Shown: positions 11,896 through 21,405 of the stretch, in pieces | Layout: each line of letters opens with the position of its first letter | Position numbering within the stretch: the first letter of the stretch is position 1 | Translations under genes and position numbers: made by a program | Assembly (NCBI GenBank): GCA_036149055.1 | Contig: JAYZQJ010000260.1 | Span: forward strand, 1 to 49,523 | DNA: 49,523 bases | Direction of reading: 5' to 3' | From: Myxococcota bacterium | GTDB taxonomy: Bacteria; Myxococcota_A; Polyangia; Polyangiales; Sandaracinaceae | The notes under the pieces: model-generated | What the model was told of the DNA's origin: nothing | Databases searched by the model: none | Seen by the model: only the letters and a program-made list of their open reading frames with translations

Positions 11896-13179
11896 TCACC
11901 GTAAGGTGAAGGTTCGCCGGAGCGTGCCTCGGTGGCTTCCGTCGGCTTCGTAGGTGTCGATCTCGAACTGGCGCCGGCCCAGCGTCTCGAAGCTCGAGCG
12001 CACCGCGTTCCGGGTGCTCCAGCTCGATCCGCTCACCCCGTCGCGGAGCAGGAAGCCGTCCGCCCGGACCTCGATCGCGGCCACCTCGGCCGGGGCGCGC
12101 TCGAGGCCGATCTCGTAGACCCCCTCGCCCTGCTGCCGGATGAACACGGCGACCCCGTCGGAGACGTCGATGAGCCCGAGCCCGAGGCCGACCTCACGGC
12201 CCTCGGCGTCGAAGCCGGTCACCTCCACCAGCCGCTCGTCGGTGTGGAAGTTGAAGTCGTAGTGGAGGTGGAAGTCGTCGCCGTCGGCGCGGCTCGCCCG
12301 GCCGATCACGTAGTCGTCGATGGCGTAGACCACCCGGGCGACGTCCTCGGGCGCCTCGGCCCGGAAGTCGTAGGTGGCGTCCGCCCGGCGCTCCCAGTGC
12401 ACCGCGATCGCCTGCTGCTCCACCGGCTCGGTCGCGCCGCAGCTCGCCCCCACCCGGAAGCCCTCGGCCGGGGCCCGCGCGAGCCGGGCTTCGGTCTGCG
12501 GCCCGTAGTCGCCGTCCTCGGCGATCCGGTCCTCGGGGTGGTTGCGGTTCCACAGGCGCTGGAAGGCGAGCACCGAGAGCCGGCGCAGGTCGGTCCCGCC
12601 GTTCACGAAGTCGAAGTGCACCGGGTCGCGCGAGCCCAGCCAGCGGAAGCCCTCGGCCGAGAGCGCGCTGCGCCACGAGCCGTTGTCGTCGATGTCGATC
12701 GCGAGCCCGGACTCGTGGTTGCTGCGCCCGGGGCGCGCCGCCAGGCCGATGCCGCAGCGCCCGCGGCGGTACCACTGGTAGAGGAGGTACTGGGCCGGCA
12801 GGGTGCGGAGCCCCGAGTTCAGGTAGATGGTGCGGCCCCGCCGGTCGACCGCCCGCTCGAGCGCGTCGGCGGCCGGGGTCTGGAGGACCGGGAAGGTCGC
12901 CGAGGAGAGCGAGATCCCCGGGATGTCGTCGATCCGGCGCATGCGGCCGGGCTCGAGGCACTGGACCTCCTCGATCAGCTGCTCCGAGAGCGGGGCCACG
13001 CTCGTCGTGCTGCAGCGCGAGCCGGCGGCGCCCCCGACGGTGAGCCCCTCGGCGATCGTCTCGAAGTCGTCCCCGTGGCCGCCCTCCTCTCCGGCCCCCG
13101 AGGGCGCGGCGCAGGCGGTGAGCAGGGAGAGGGCGAGCAGGGTGCGCAGTCGGGTCACGTCCGCCCTTTGCGCAATCAT
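11896..13179 (-). CDS. Lipoprotein, M15 (VanY-like) D,D-carboxypeptidase with peptidoglycan-binding-like segment and two C-terminal beta-rich repeats
   Basis: Lipobox LLTAC; NSGLRT..Q..LY, ARPGRSNHESGLAIDI (SxHxxGxAxD), DPVHFD; FQRLWN..EDGDYGPQT PG-binding-like motif. Start 13179 (ATG) or 13158 (GTG). Confidence 0.85.
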   Translation of the reverse strand: MIAQRADVTRLRTLLALSLLTACAAPSGAGEEGGHGDDFETIAEGLTVGGAAGSRCSTTSVAPLSEQLIEEVQCLEPGRMRRIDDIPGISLSSATFPVLQTPAADALERAVDRRGRTIYLNSGLRTLPAQYLLYQWYRRGRCGIGLAARPGRSNHESGLAIDIDDNGSWRSALSAEGFRWLGSRDPVHFDFVNGGTDLRRLSVLAFQRLWNRNHPEDRIAEDGDYGPQTEARLARAPAEGFRVGASCGATEPVEQQAIAVHWERRADATYDFRAEAPEDVARVVYAIDDYVIGRASRADGDDFHLHYDFNFHTDERLVEVTGFDAEGREVGLGLGLIDVSDGVAVFIRQQGEGVYEIGLERAPAEVAAIEVRADGFLLRDGVSGSSWSTRNAVRSSFETLGRRQFEIDTYEADGSHRGTLRRTFTLR

Positions 13180-13363
13180 CGTGCCGCCTGGAGTTGGCAC
13201 CGCGCCCCCTCGAGATGCGGACTCGGCTCCGCGTCCGACGGGCGAATCTGCACGTGTCGCGCGCGCGGGTCCCGAAAACGAGGGTCCAGGCGCTCGGCCG
13301 CGGCTCGCCCCGAGTGTTCAGGATCTGATCGATCGGCCCGCCCGGAGCTGCTACCAGGATCTC

Positions 13364-14281
13364 GTGGTCCCGCTGCTCGTCGCGTTGCTGGTCGCCTGCG
13401 TGCTGGGCGTCGTGGTCATCCTGGCGCGCGGGCGAAGGCGCGCCGTTCGGAGCGAGGGGCGGGCGGCGCAGGTCCAGGCCGCGCAGATCGACGCGGCGCC
13501 GGTCGAGGAGGCGTCGAGGTGGCTCGACGACCTCGACGCGCGGGCGACCGAGGAGCTGCGCGCGCTGCTGTTGGCGCTCCGGCGCAACGACCCGATGAAC
13601 CAGGGAGCCTCGGGCGCCGCCGCGTGTCTGCGGGCCTGCGCCGCGCTCACCGGGCGCGCCGATCCCCCGATGGCGTTCGGCATCGCGCTCTCGCCTGGGC
13701 TGATCGGCGCGCACGGCCCGAGCCTCGCCGACCGCGTGCGCGCGAGGGTGGCGGAGTGGCGTACACTGCTGACGCCGCCCGAGCGAGCGCGCCTCTGGGA
13801 TCAGCTCGGCCCGGCGGCGGCGCGCGATCTGGGGATCGCGGAGCCGCGGCGGAGCGTGGTGCGCCGGGTGGAGCTCGCGTATCCGGCGACGCTCGACCGG
13901 GTCGACGAGGACGGGGCCGACGCGCCGATCGTGGACGCCGCCGCCCTCGGCCACTGGGACGGAGTCCGCTGCCTGGATCCGTTCGACCCGTTCGACCCCG
14001 TGTTCCAGGGCCTGCCCTTGCACGAGATCGACGTCACGCTGGCGGTGCTCGACGGTCGGCTCCGGGCGGTGGTGCGCCTCGGCCTCCATCGGGAGCCCAG
14101 CGAGGCGGAGCTCCGCCGGATGCGCGCCGGCCTCGGGGTGGAGCTCTGGGAGCTCGGGCGGCTGCAGAGCTGGGACACGCCGCCGTCGACGCCTCCCGGA
14201 TGGGGCGACGACCACTTCGCCAACATCACCGTGCACGCGGAGCCGGTCACGCTGACGCGCTCGGGCCCCGTCGCTGGCTGA
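13364..14281 (+). CDS. Hypothetical protein with N-terminal membrane anchor
   Basis: GTG start, VVPLLVALLVACVLGVVVILARGRRR, typical GC3 codon bias, fills the gap between neighbours; no recognised family. Confidence 0.7.
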   Translation: MVPLLVALLVACVLGVVVILARGRRRAVRSEGRAAQVQAAQIDAAPVEEASRWLDDLDARATEELRALLLALRRNDPMNQGASGAAACLRACAALTGRADPPMAFGIALSPGLIGAHGPSLADRVRARVAEWRTLLTPPERARLWDQLGPAAARDLGIAEPRRSVVRRVELAYPATLDRVDEDGADAPIVDAAALGHWDGVRCLDPFDPFDPVFQGLPLHEIDVTLAVLDGRLRAVVRLGLHREPSEAELRRMRAGLGVELWELGRLQSWDTPPSTPPGWGDDHFANITVHAEPVTLTRSGPVAG

Positions 14282-14283
14282 CG

Positions 14284-16980
14284 TCACTCGGGGACGAGCG
14301 CGAGCGGGACCTCGGGATCGAAGCGGTAGCCGCCCTCGACCAGCTGCAGGGTCTCGGAGAGCCCGAGCTGGCGGAGCCGGTTGATGGTCACGTAGAGCCG
14401 GTTCTGGGCGCTCGCGGCGCTCATCTTCTCGTCGGGCCAGCCGGCCCCGATCAGGGCGTCGGGGGAGATGGGCACGCCGGGCTGCTGCACGCGCTGTCGG
14501 GCGAGCCGGATCAGGATCCGGCGGAGGGCCTGACGGCGGCGGCAGTCGACCCGCTCGGCCCCGGGGGGCTCGAACCAGGCGCCGCCGGGGTCGACCCGGA
14601 GCGCGTCCTCGCTCGCGCCCGCCTGCTCGAGCGCGTCGAGCGCGTGCCGCACGATCCGGAGCGCGATGCGCACGTCGGCCGAGCTCTCCTCGGGCTGGGT
14701 GAGGGTGCCCCGGGGCGCGAGCGCCGCCTCGAGCTGTCGGTCGGCTTCGGGCCGGGCGTCCGCGTCGCCCCGCGCCGCCCGGGTGACCGGGACCAGCACG
14801 CCGAGCACGGCCACGCTCGCCTCCATCTTCAGGTCCGGGTGCTGCGCGAGCACCGCGCGGGCCCGCTCGAGGTGCTCGAGCGCGTCGTCGGGCCGGCCGG
14901 CCAGGGCCTCCACCGCGCCCGCGTAGGCGCGGAAGAGCGCCCCGTGACGGTGCTCGCGCACCAGGCGGCTCGTGCGGCAGGCCTCCTCGAGGTGCTCGCG
15001 CGCCGCCTCGAGATCGCCGAGCTCCAGCTCCGCCACCCCGCGATAGCCCAGGCCGGTGCCGAGCAGCCGCTGGGCCCCGAGCCCCGCCGAGAGCTCCGCG
15101 CTCTCCGCGTAGCAGTCGCGCGCCTCCTCGAGCTCGCCCTCCACGTGGGCGGTGCCGCCGAGGCACTGCAGCATCAGGGCCTCGGCCACCCGGATGCCGA
15201 ACTCGCGGTGCACGGTCAGCGCCTCCTGCGCGTGCTCGCGGGCCTCGCGGATGTGGCCGTGCTCCAGGTGCAGGATCGCCAGCCGCGTGTGGGCCAGGCC
15301 CTCGTACCAGCGGTTGCCGGTCTCGCGGTGGATCGACAGCGCCTCGCGGTAGAGCTTGGCCGCCTTGGCGTCCTCGCCCCGCTCCTTGGGCGGCGCGCCC
15401 AGGGCTCCGAGCGCCATCCCCTCGAGCTGCCGATCGTCGGCCTCGCGGGCCCGCTCCAGCGCCTGCCCGCAGAGCGCCTCGACCTTCGGCAGATCGCGCT
15501 CCCTCAGATAGGTCCACGAGAGATCGAGCAGCGCCCGACCGTGCTCTCCGGGGGCGCCCTCGGTCAGCTCCACCGCGCGCTCGAGGTCCTTGCGGCTCCG
15601 GTCGATCTCGCCGCGGCCCGCGGTCAGGAGCCCTCGGGCCCGGAGCGCGCGCGCGTGCTTCAGCGGGTCGACGCCCTGGCCCTCGCAGGCGCCGAGCACC
15701 GCGTCGAGCAGCTCCGCGTTGCCGCCGGTGGGGCCGCGGGTGGTGAAGACCGCGTCGGCCGCGAGCATCGCGTCGAGCGCGTCGTCCAGCTCGGCCGCGT
15801 CCGCGTCCCGCCGGGCCACCGCGCGCTCGGCGACGACCAGGAAGTTGTCGAGGTCGGCCGCGAGGTCGAAGAGCGCGTCGGCGCCCTGCGGGCCCAGGCT
15901 CGCGTCCACCAGCGCGCGGCCGAACGCCGCGTAGAAGCGCCCGTGCCGGCGCTCGGTCTCGAAGGCGCCGTCGGGATCCTCGCGCAGCCGGCGGGTCCCG
16001 TAGTCGCGGATCGTCGCGTAGGCGGTCAGCCGCCCCGGCTGGTCCTCGATCCGCCGGAGCAGGCTCTTGTCCCGCAGCGCCTGGAGCACGTCGAGCACCG
16101 GAGGCGCGTCCTCGTCGAGCGCCACCGTCGCCTCTGCGCCGTCGAGCGAGAAGCCGCCGCGGAAGACCGAGCACTGCGAGAGCGCGGTCTGCTCGGCCGG
16201 CTCGAGCAGCTCCCAGCTCCAGTCCAGCGCGCCCTCCATCGTGGCCCGGCGGGCCGAGCGATCCCGGGCCCGCCCGCGCAGCACGTCGAAGCGCCGGTTG
16301 AGCCGGTCGCGAAGCTGCTGGGTGCTCATCAGGTTGGCGCGCGCGGCGGCCAGCTCGATCGCGAGCGGGATGCCGTCGAGCCGCGAGACGATCTCGATCA
16401 GCGCCCCCTCGTCGTCGGTCGACACGCTGTAGCTCGGGTCGATCCGTTGACGCGCCGCCGACCAGAGCTGGAGCGCCTCGCTCGGCCGATCCTCGTCCTC
16501 GGGCACGGTCAGCTCGAGCGGGCCGAGCTCCAGCACCACCTCGCCGTCGAGCCGGAGCAGCTCCCGCGAGGTCACCAGCAGCCGCAGCTCCGGGCAGGCC
16601 AGCCGCCAGCGGCCGACCTTGGGCGCCTGATCCATGAGCTGCTCGAAGTTGTCGAGCACGAGCAGGCCGCGGCGCAGGCGGCGGAGCGTGGTGACCACCT
16701 CCTCCTCGCTCGCGTCGCGCGCCCCGATGCAGTGGGCGACCGCGGTGACGAAGCCCTCCTCGTCGTGCGCCTCGGTCAGGTCGCAGAAGCGCACCGTGTC
16801 GCCCCGCTCGGCGCGCTTGCGACCGGCCTCGATGGAGAGACGCGTCTTGCCGATCCCCCCCGCGCCCACCACGGTGACGAGGCTCTCGCCTCGCTCGAAG
16901 AGATCGAGCAAGGTCCGGAGCGGGCGGCGCCGTCCGATGAAGGCGGTCGCCGGCGCAGGGAGCTTCACGTCGCGCACCAC
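14284..16980 (-). CDS. STAND-type (AfsR/NB-ARC-like) ATPase with TPR repeats and C-terminal winged-helix DNA-binding domain
   Basis: FIGRR, Walker A GAGGIGKT, Walker B LLVLDNFEQ, LVTSRE, LDGIPLAIELAAAR, LDWSWELL; TPR array; C-terminal LIGAGWPDE..NRLYVTINRLRQLGL..GGYRF. Confidence 0.88.
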   Translation of the reverse strand: MVRDVKLPAPATAFIGRRRPLRTLLDLFERGESLVTVVGAGGIGKTRLSIEAGRKRAERGDTVRFCDLTEAHDEEGFVTAVAHCIGARDASEEEVVTTLRRLRRGLLVLDNFEQLMDQAPKVGRWRLACPELRLLVTSRELLRLDGEVVLELGPLELTVPEDEDRPSEALQLWSAARQRIDPSYSVSTDDEGALIEIVSRLDGIPLAIELAAARANLMSTQQLRDRLNRRFDVLRGRARDRSARRATMEGALDWSWELLEPAEQTALSQCSVFRGGFSLDGAEATVALDEDAPPVLDVLQALRDKSLLRRIEDQPGRLTAYATIRDYGTRRLREDPDGAFETERRHGRFYAAFGRALVDASLGPQGADALFDLAADLDNFLVVAERAVARRDADAAELDDALDAMLAADAVFTTRGPTGGNAELLDAVLGACEGQGVDPLKHARALRARGLLTAGRGEIDRSRKDLERAVELTEGAPGEHGRALLDLSWTYLRERDLPKVEALCGQALERAREADDRQLEGMALGALGAPPKERGEDAKAAKLYREALSIHRETGNRWYEGLAHTRLAILHLEHGHIREAREHAQEALTVHREFGIRVAEALMLQCLGGTAHVEGELEEARDCYAESAELSAGLGAQRLLGTGLGYRGVAELELGDLEAAREHLEEACRTSRLVREHRHGALFRAYAGAVEALAGRPDDALEHLERARAVLAQHPDLKMEASVAVLGVLVPVTRAARGDADARPEADRQLEAALAPRGTLTQPEESSADVRIALRIVRHALDALEQAGASEDALRVDPGGAWFEPPGAERVDCRRRQALRRILIRLARQRVQQPGVPISPDALIGAGWPDEKMSAASAQNRLYVTINRLRQLGLSETLQLVEGGYRFDPEVPLALVPE

Positions 16981-16992
16981 GGCGCGAATCTA

Positions 16993-17646
16993 TCACCGAA
17001 CCGAGTTCAGTAGCGAAGGCAGCGTCGCCTCCACCTGCTCCAGGGAGCCGAGCACGCGGTCGGCGATGCAGAACCGCGGGTCGTCCCGCTCGGGCACCGC
17101 CACGCAGGTCATCCGGGCGGCCTTGGCCGCGAGCACGCCGTTGAGGGAGTCCTCGAAGACGAGGCAGTCGGCGGCCTCTACGCCGAGGTCTTCGGCGGTG
17201 CGGAGGAAGACCGCCGGGTGCGGCTTGCCCAGCTCCTCGTGCTCGGCCGAGCGGCGTATCACGAAGCGCTCCCTGAGCCCCAGCCGCGCGAGGGTCGCGT
17301 CGATCAGCCGCTCGGGGGAGCTCGAGGCGAGGGCCAGGGTGAGCCCGGCCCGCGCGCAGGCGTCGATCGCCGCGTGGGCGCCCGGCTGGGCCGCACCCTC
17401 CTCGGCCACCAGCCCGATCATGCGCTCCACGATCCGGCCGGCGACGGAGGCCACCGACTCGCCCTCCCACGGCTGGCGGCGGTGCCAGTGAGCGGCCACC
17501 TCGTCGATGCGCAGGCCGGTGGTCGCCTCGCACATCGCCTCGGTCAGCGGGACGCCGACGGTGGCGAAGACCTCCACCTCGGCCCGCCGCCAGAGCGGCT
17601 CCGAGTCGATGAGGAGGCCATCCATGTCGAAGATGGCGGCGCGCAT
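16993..17646 (-). CDS. hxpB: HAD-family sugar/hexitol phosphatase (HxpB/YniC-like)
   Basis: AIFDMDGLLIDSEPLW, ALASSS, GKPHPAVF, VFEDSLNGVLAAKAARM; start overlaps the pirin stop (TGATG). Confidence 0.85.
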   Translation of the reverse strand: MRAAIFDMDGLLIDSEPLWRRAEVEVFATVGVPLTEAMCEATTGLRIDEVAAHWHRRQPWEGESVASVAGRIVERMIGLVAEEGAAQPGAHAAIDACARAGLTLALASSSPERLIDATLARLGLRERFVIRRSAEHEELGKPHPAVFLRTAEDLGVEAADCLVFEDSLNGVLAAKAARMTCVAVPERDDPRFCIADRVLGSLEQVEATLPSLLNSVR

Positions 17647-18563
17647 CAGGGGTAGGGGATCCGCTCGGCCTCGTCGCCGGGGACGAGCGGGAAGCGCGCG
17701 GTGTCCTCGGCGCTCCACGCGTCGCGGGCGGCGGCGATGCGCTCCTTCGAGCTGGCCACGAAGTTCCACTCGATGTGGCGCGGGCCGAGCGGCTCGCCGC
17801 CGAGCAGCATCACGCGGCTCTCGGACTTCGCCTCGATGCGGGCGTGGCCGGGCTCGAACACCAGCATGCGGCCGGGCCCGTGGCGCTCGCCGTTCACCGC
17901 CACCTCCCCCGCGACCACGTAGGCGGCGCGCTCGGTCGGCCCGTCCGGGAGCGGCAGCTGCGTGCCCTCCGGGAGCTTCGCGTCGACGTAGAACATCGGC
18001 GAGAGCGTCTTCAGGGGCGAGCGCTTCCCGTAGACGTCGCCCGCGATCACCCTGAGGGTCGCGCCGTCGCGCTCCAGCTCGGGGAGCGCCTCGGCGTCGT
18101 GATGGGCGAACCAGGGCTCGTCGTCCTCGTGCGCCTCCGGGAGCGCGATCCAGGACTGGATGCCGTGCACCCGCCCGCCCCGCTCCCGCACCTCGTCGCG
18201 GGTCCGCTCGGAGTGGGTCACCCCACGCCCCGCCGTCATCCAGTTCACCTCGCCCGGCCGGATCGCCACCGCGGTGCCGAGGCTGTCGCGGTGGAAGATC
18301 TCGCCCTCGAAGAGATAGGTGAGGGTGGCGAGCCCGATGTGCGGGTGCGGCCGCACGTCGAGGCCCTGACCGGGCGCGAAGGTCACCGGGCCCATCTCGT
18401 CCCAGAAGATGAAGGGCCCGACCATGCGGCGGCGCTTGGCGGGCAGCACGCGGCGCACGACGAAGCCGTCCCCGAGGTCCTTCTCGCGGGGCTCGATCAG
18501 CTGCGCGACGGCGTGGTCGCGATCCTCGTGGCACTCGGGCTCGGGCGCGGGCATCCAGCTCAT
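17646..18563 (-). CDS. Pirin family protein
   Basis: VGPFIFWD, PHPHIGLATLTYLFEGEIFHRDSLG, VNWMTAGRGVTHSE, IQSWIALP, WNFVASS. Confidence 0.95.
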   Translation of the reverse strand: MSWMPAPEPECHEDRDHAVAQLIEPREKDLGDGFVVRRVLPAKRRRMVGPFIFWDEMGPVTFAPGQGLDVRPHPHIGLATLTYLFEGEIFHRDSLGTAVAIRPGEVNWMTAGRGVTHSERTRDEVRERGGRVHGIQSWIALPEAHEDDEPWFAHHDAEALPELERDGATLRVIAGDVYGKRSPLKTLSPMFYVDAKLPEGTQLPLPDGPTERAAYVVAGEVAVNGERHGPGRMLVFEPGHARIEAKSESRVMLLGGEPLGPRHIEWNFVASSKERIAAARDAWSAEDTARFPLVPGDEAERIPYP

Positions 18564-18690
18564 GGCGTGCACATGGGGCCCTGGCGGCGGAAACGCAACG
18601 CGAGCGGGGGACCGCAACCCTGCGGCTGGACCTTGCGACACGGGGGGCGCGACCGCCGTCCGAAATGCGAGCCGAGGCGCGGCGCCACGC

Positions 18691-18700
18691 GTGATATCAC
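18691..18700. promoter_or_regulatory. Perfect palindrome GTGATATCAC in the divergent pirin/SDR intergenic region; possible operator
   Basis: AT-centred 10-bp palindrome 8 nt upstream of the SDR ATG in a GC-rich background. Confidence 0.35.
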
Positions 18701-18708
18701 CGATCTCG

Positions 18709-19527
18709 ATGACCTTTCGTGGGCGGGTGGTGGCCATCACCGGGGCGGCGTCGGGGATCGGCCGGGCGCTGGCGGTCGAGCTGGCGGGGCGGGGCGCGGA
18801 TCTCGCGCTCTCGGACGTGAGCGAGGAGGGGCTGGCGGAGACGGCGGCCCAGGTCGAGCGGGCCGGGCGCCAGGCGAGCACCGCGCGGGTCGACGTGGCC
18901 GATCGCGAGGCGGTGTACGCCTGGGCGGAGTCGGTGGTGGCGGATCACGGGCGCGTCGACGGCGTGGTCAACAACGCCGGCGTGAGCCTCACCGACACCA
19001 TCGAGCACCTCGACTACGACGACTTCGAGTGGATCGTGGGCATCAACTTCTGGGGTGTCGTCTACGGTACCAAGGCGTTCCTGCCCTATCTGCTCGGGCG
19101 GGGCGACGGCTGGGTGGTCAACGTCTCGAGCGTGTTCGGCATCATCTCGGTGCCGAGCCAGGGCGCCTACAACGCGACCAAGTTCGCGGTGCGCGGCTTC
19201 ACCGAGTGCCTGCGGCAAGAGCTCGACGGGACCGGGGTGACCGCGAGCTGCGTGCACCCGGGCGGCATCAAGACGAACATCGCGCGCGGTGGGCGCTTCC
19301 GTCACAGCGTCGAGGGCTTCGAGAGCCTCGAGGAGGCGGCCGACCACTTCGAGAACGACCTCGCGCGCACCACCGCCGAGGAGGCGGGCCGGGTGATCGC
19401 CGACGGCATGGCCGAGCGCGCCCCGCGCATCCTCATCGGCAACGACGCGCGGCTGATCGACGTCGTGCAGCGGACGATGCCCGTCCGATACACGACGCTC
19501 GTGAAGAAGCTCGCCCGCCGCCGATGA
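18709..19527 (+). CDS. Short-chain dehydrogenase/reductase
   Basis: ITGAASGIG, VNNAG, VNVSS, YNATK catalytic motif, VHPGGIKT. Confidence 0.95.
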   Translation: MTFRGRVVAITGAASGIGRALAVELAGRGADLALSDVSEEGLAETAAQVERAGRQASTARVDVADREAVYAWAESVVADHGRVDGVVNNAGVSLTDTIEHLDYDDFEWIVGINFWGVVYGTKAFLPYLLGRGDGWVVNVSSVFGIISVPSQGAYNATKFAVRGFTECLRQELDGTGVTASCVHPGGIKTNIARGGRFRHSVEGFESLEEAADHFENDLARTTAEEAGRVIADGMAERAPRILIGNDARLIDVVQRTMPVRYTTLVKKLARRR

Positions 19528-19593
19528 CGATCGGGCTGTCAGCCTGGCATTGCGGGGCTATCGCTACGCTCCGATGAGCCCTAGGACCCGACG

Positions 19594-21357
19594 GTGTCGG
19601 TGAACCCCTTGGAGCAGGAGCGCGACCGCGCGCTCGACGACCCGGCCCTCGAGGCGGCGCTCGCCCGCGCTCACGCGCGCTGCGTGGCGCTGGGCCTGCG
19701 CTCGCCGGAGGCGGGGGACGACCGGGAGTCGCGGCTCGCCGCGCTCCGGGCGATGCGCAGCGCCGTCGCGCTCGTGGAGCAGAGCCGCGCGCTCGAGGTG
19801 GAGCGCAGGAGATACGAGGAGACCGGCAGCGCCGAGGCGCCGATCACGCGCAGCGTCGAGATGCTCGCCGACACCCTGCCGCAGATGGTCTGGATCACGC
19901 GGCCCGACGGTTATCACAAGTACTACAATCGCTACTGGTTCGAGTACACCGGGCTGACCTACGCGGAGGCCAAGGGCACCGGCTGGAACATCCTCCTCCA
20001 CCCGGACGACGTCGAGCGCTCGGTGCAGCGGTGGACGCGCTCGCTCCAGACCGGCGAGGCCTACGAGGTGGAGTACCGCTTCCGCCGCGCCTCGGACGGG
20101 GCCTATCGCTGGTTCCTCGGCCGCGCCCTGCCGCGCCTGGACGAGGACGGGACCATCATCGAGTGGTTCGGCACCTGCACCGACATCCACGACCAGAAGT
20201 CCGCGCAGGAGGCGATGCGGGTCGCGAACGTCTCGAAGGACCAGTTCCTCGCGATGCTCTCGCACGAGCTCCGCACGCCGCTCAACGCGATCCTCGGCTG
20301 GACCCAGCTGATGACGATGGACGAGCTCGGGGCCCCCGAGCGCGCCCGGGCCCTCGACGCGATCGAGCGCAACGCCAAGCTCCAGGCGCAGCTCATCGAG
20401 GACATCCTCGACGCGAGCCGGATCACGAACGACAAGCTGAGCATCGAGAAGGCGCCGCTCCACGCGCACGAGATCGTCGACGCCGCGCTCGCCACCGCGG
20501 CCCCGCTGGCGGCCAAGAAGGACATCACCCTCGACGTGGCCGACGTCGACCACGCGGTGTGGATCGAGGGGGACGCGGCGCGCTTCCACCAGATCGTCTC
20601 GAACCTCCTCGCCAACGCCATCAAGTTCACGCCCCGCGGCGGCCGGGTCAGCCTGCGCTTCGTGCGCGAGGACTCGCGGGCCACGCTCGAGGTCACCGAC
20701 ACCGGGCAGGGGATCGACCCCGAGTTCCTGCCCCACGTCTTCGAGCGCTTCCGGCAGGCGGACAGCCGGAGCACCCGCGGTCACGGCGGCCTGGGCCTCG
20801 GGCTGACCATCGTGAAGAGCCTGGTCGAGCTGCACGGCGGAGACGTCGAGGCGCGGAGCGACGGCGCGGGCCAGGGGGCGACGTTCCGGGTGCGGCTCCC
20901 GGTCCTCGCGGTCCGGCCCGAGGGCGCGCCGAGCACCGACTCGCAGCCGATGATGTACGAGACGATGCCGGGGGACGCGCTCGTCGGGGTGCGCTGCGTG
21001 CTCGTCGACGACGAGCCGAGCGCGCGGGAGGTCGTCACCGCGACCCTCCGGCGCTTCGGGGCCGAGGTCCGGGCGGTGGCGCGGGCGGCCGACGCGCTCG
21101 AGGCGCTCGAGGCCGACCCGCCGCACGTGCTCGTGAGCGACATCGCGATGCCCGAGACGAGCGGCTACGACCTGATCCGCAGCGTGCGAGCGCACCGCGA
21201 CCCCCGGGTCGCCGAGCTCCCGGCCCTCGCCCTGACCGCCTACGCCAGCGTGCAGGACCGGCGGGAGGCGACCGCCGCCGGCTTCGACCGCCACCTCCCG
21301 AAGCCGGTCGAGGCGAACGCCCTCGTCGGGACCGTCAAAGACCTCGCCTCCGCGTAG
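19594..21357 (+). CDS. Hybrid histidine kinase (PAS/PAC-HisKA-HATPase-REC)
   Basis: PAS_3 YYNRYWFEYTG..LHPDD..YRWFLGRA; FLAMLSHELRTPLNAI; NLLANAIKFT; DTGQGI, GLGLGL; REC LVDDE..LVSDIAMP..LTA..KP. Confidence 0.95.
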   Translation: MSVNPLEQERDRALDDPALEAALARAHARCVALGLRSPEAGDDRESRLAALRAMRSAVALVEQSRALEVERRRYEETGSAEAPITRSVEMLADTLPQMVWITRPDGYHKYYNRYWFEYTGLTYAEAKGTGWNILLHPDDVERSVQRWTRSLQTGEAYEVEYRFRRASDGAYRWFLGRALPRLDEDGTIIEWFGTCTDIHDQKSAQEAMRVANVSKDQFLAMLSHELRTPLNAILGWTQLMTMDELGAPERARALDAIERNAKLQAQLIEDILDASRITNDKLSIEKAPLHAHEIVDAALATAAPLAAKKDITLDVADVDHAVWIEGDAARFHQIVSNLLANAIKFTPRGGRVSLRFVREDSRATLEVTDTGQGIDPEFLPHVFERFRQADSRSTRGHGGLGLGLTIVKSLVELHGGDVEARSDGAGQGATFRVRLPVLAVRPEGAPSTDSQPMMYETMPGDALVGVRCVLVDDEPSAREVVTATLRRFGAEVRAVARAADALEALEADPPHVLVSDIAMPETSGYDLIRSVRAHRDPRVAELPALALTAYASVQDRREATAAGFDRHLPKPVEANALVGTVKDLASA

Positions 21358-21366
21358 GTCGACGGA

Positions 21367-21404
21367 CTACGTAAGTTCACAAGTTCACTCCGTCCCCCCC
21401 TCCC
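21367..21404 (+). repeat. Left inverted repeat CTACGTAAGTTCACAAGTTCACTCCGTCCCCCCCTCCC
   Basis: Reverse complement of 22341-22377 (33 bp perfect, then a one-C indel); contains tandem AAGTTCAC x2. Confidence 0.97.
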
Positions 21405-21405
21405 C

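Noticed and set aside
13249..13265. sigma54-like box upstream of the M15 peptidase
   Set aside because: Minus strand reads CG-N10-GC; the invariant GG is missing.
11337..16980. TerB + STAND ATPase as an anti-phage defence island
   Set aside because: Genes are not adjacent or coupled, the STAND protein ends in a DNA-binding domain rather than a nuclease or other effector, and composition matches the host.
11932..17533. Very long ORFs 11932..17013 (+, 1693 aa) and 12194..17533 (-, 1779 aa)
   Set aside because: Arg/Ala/Gly/Pro-rich shadow frames overlapping genes with clear motifs; expected from stop-codon scarcity at high GC.
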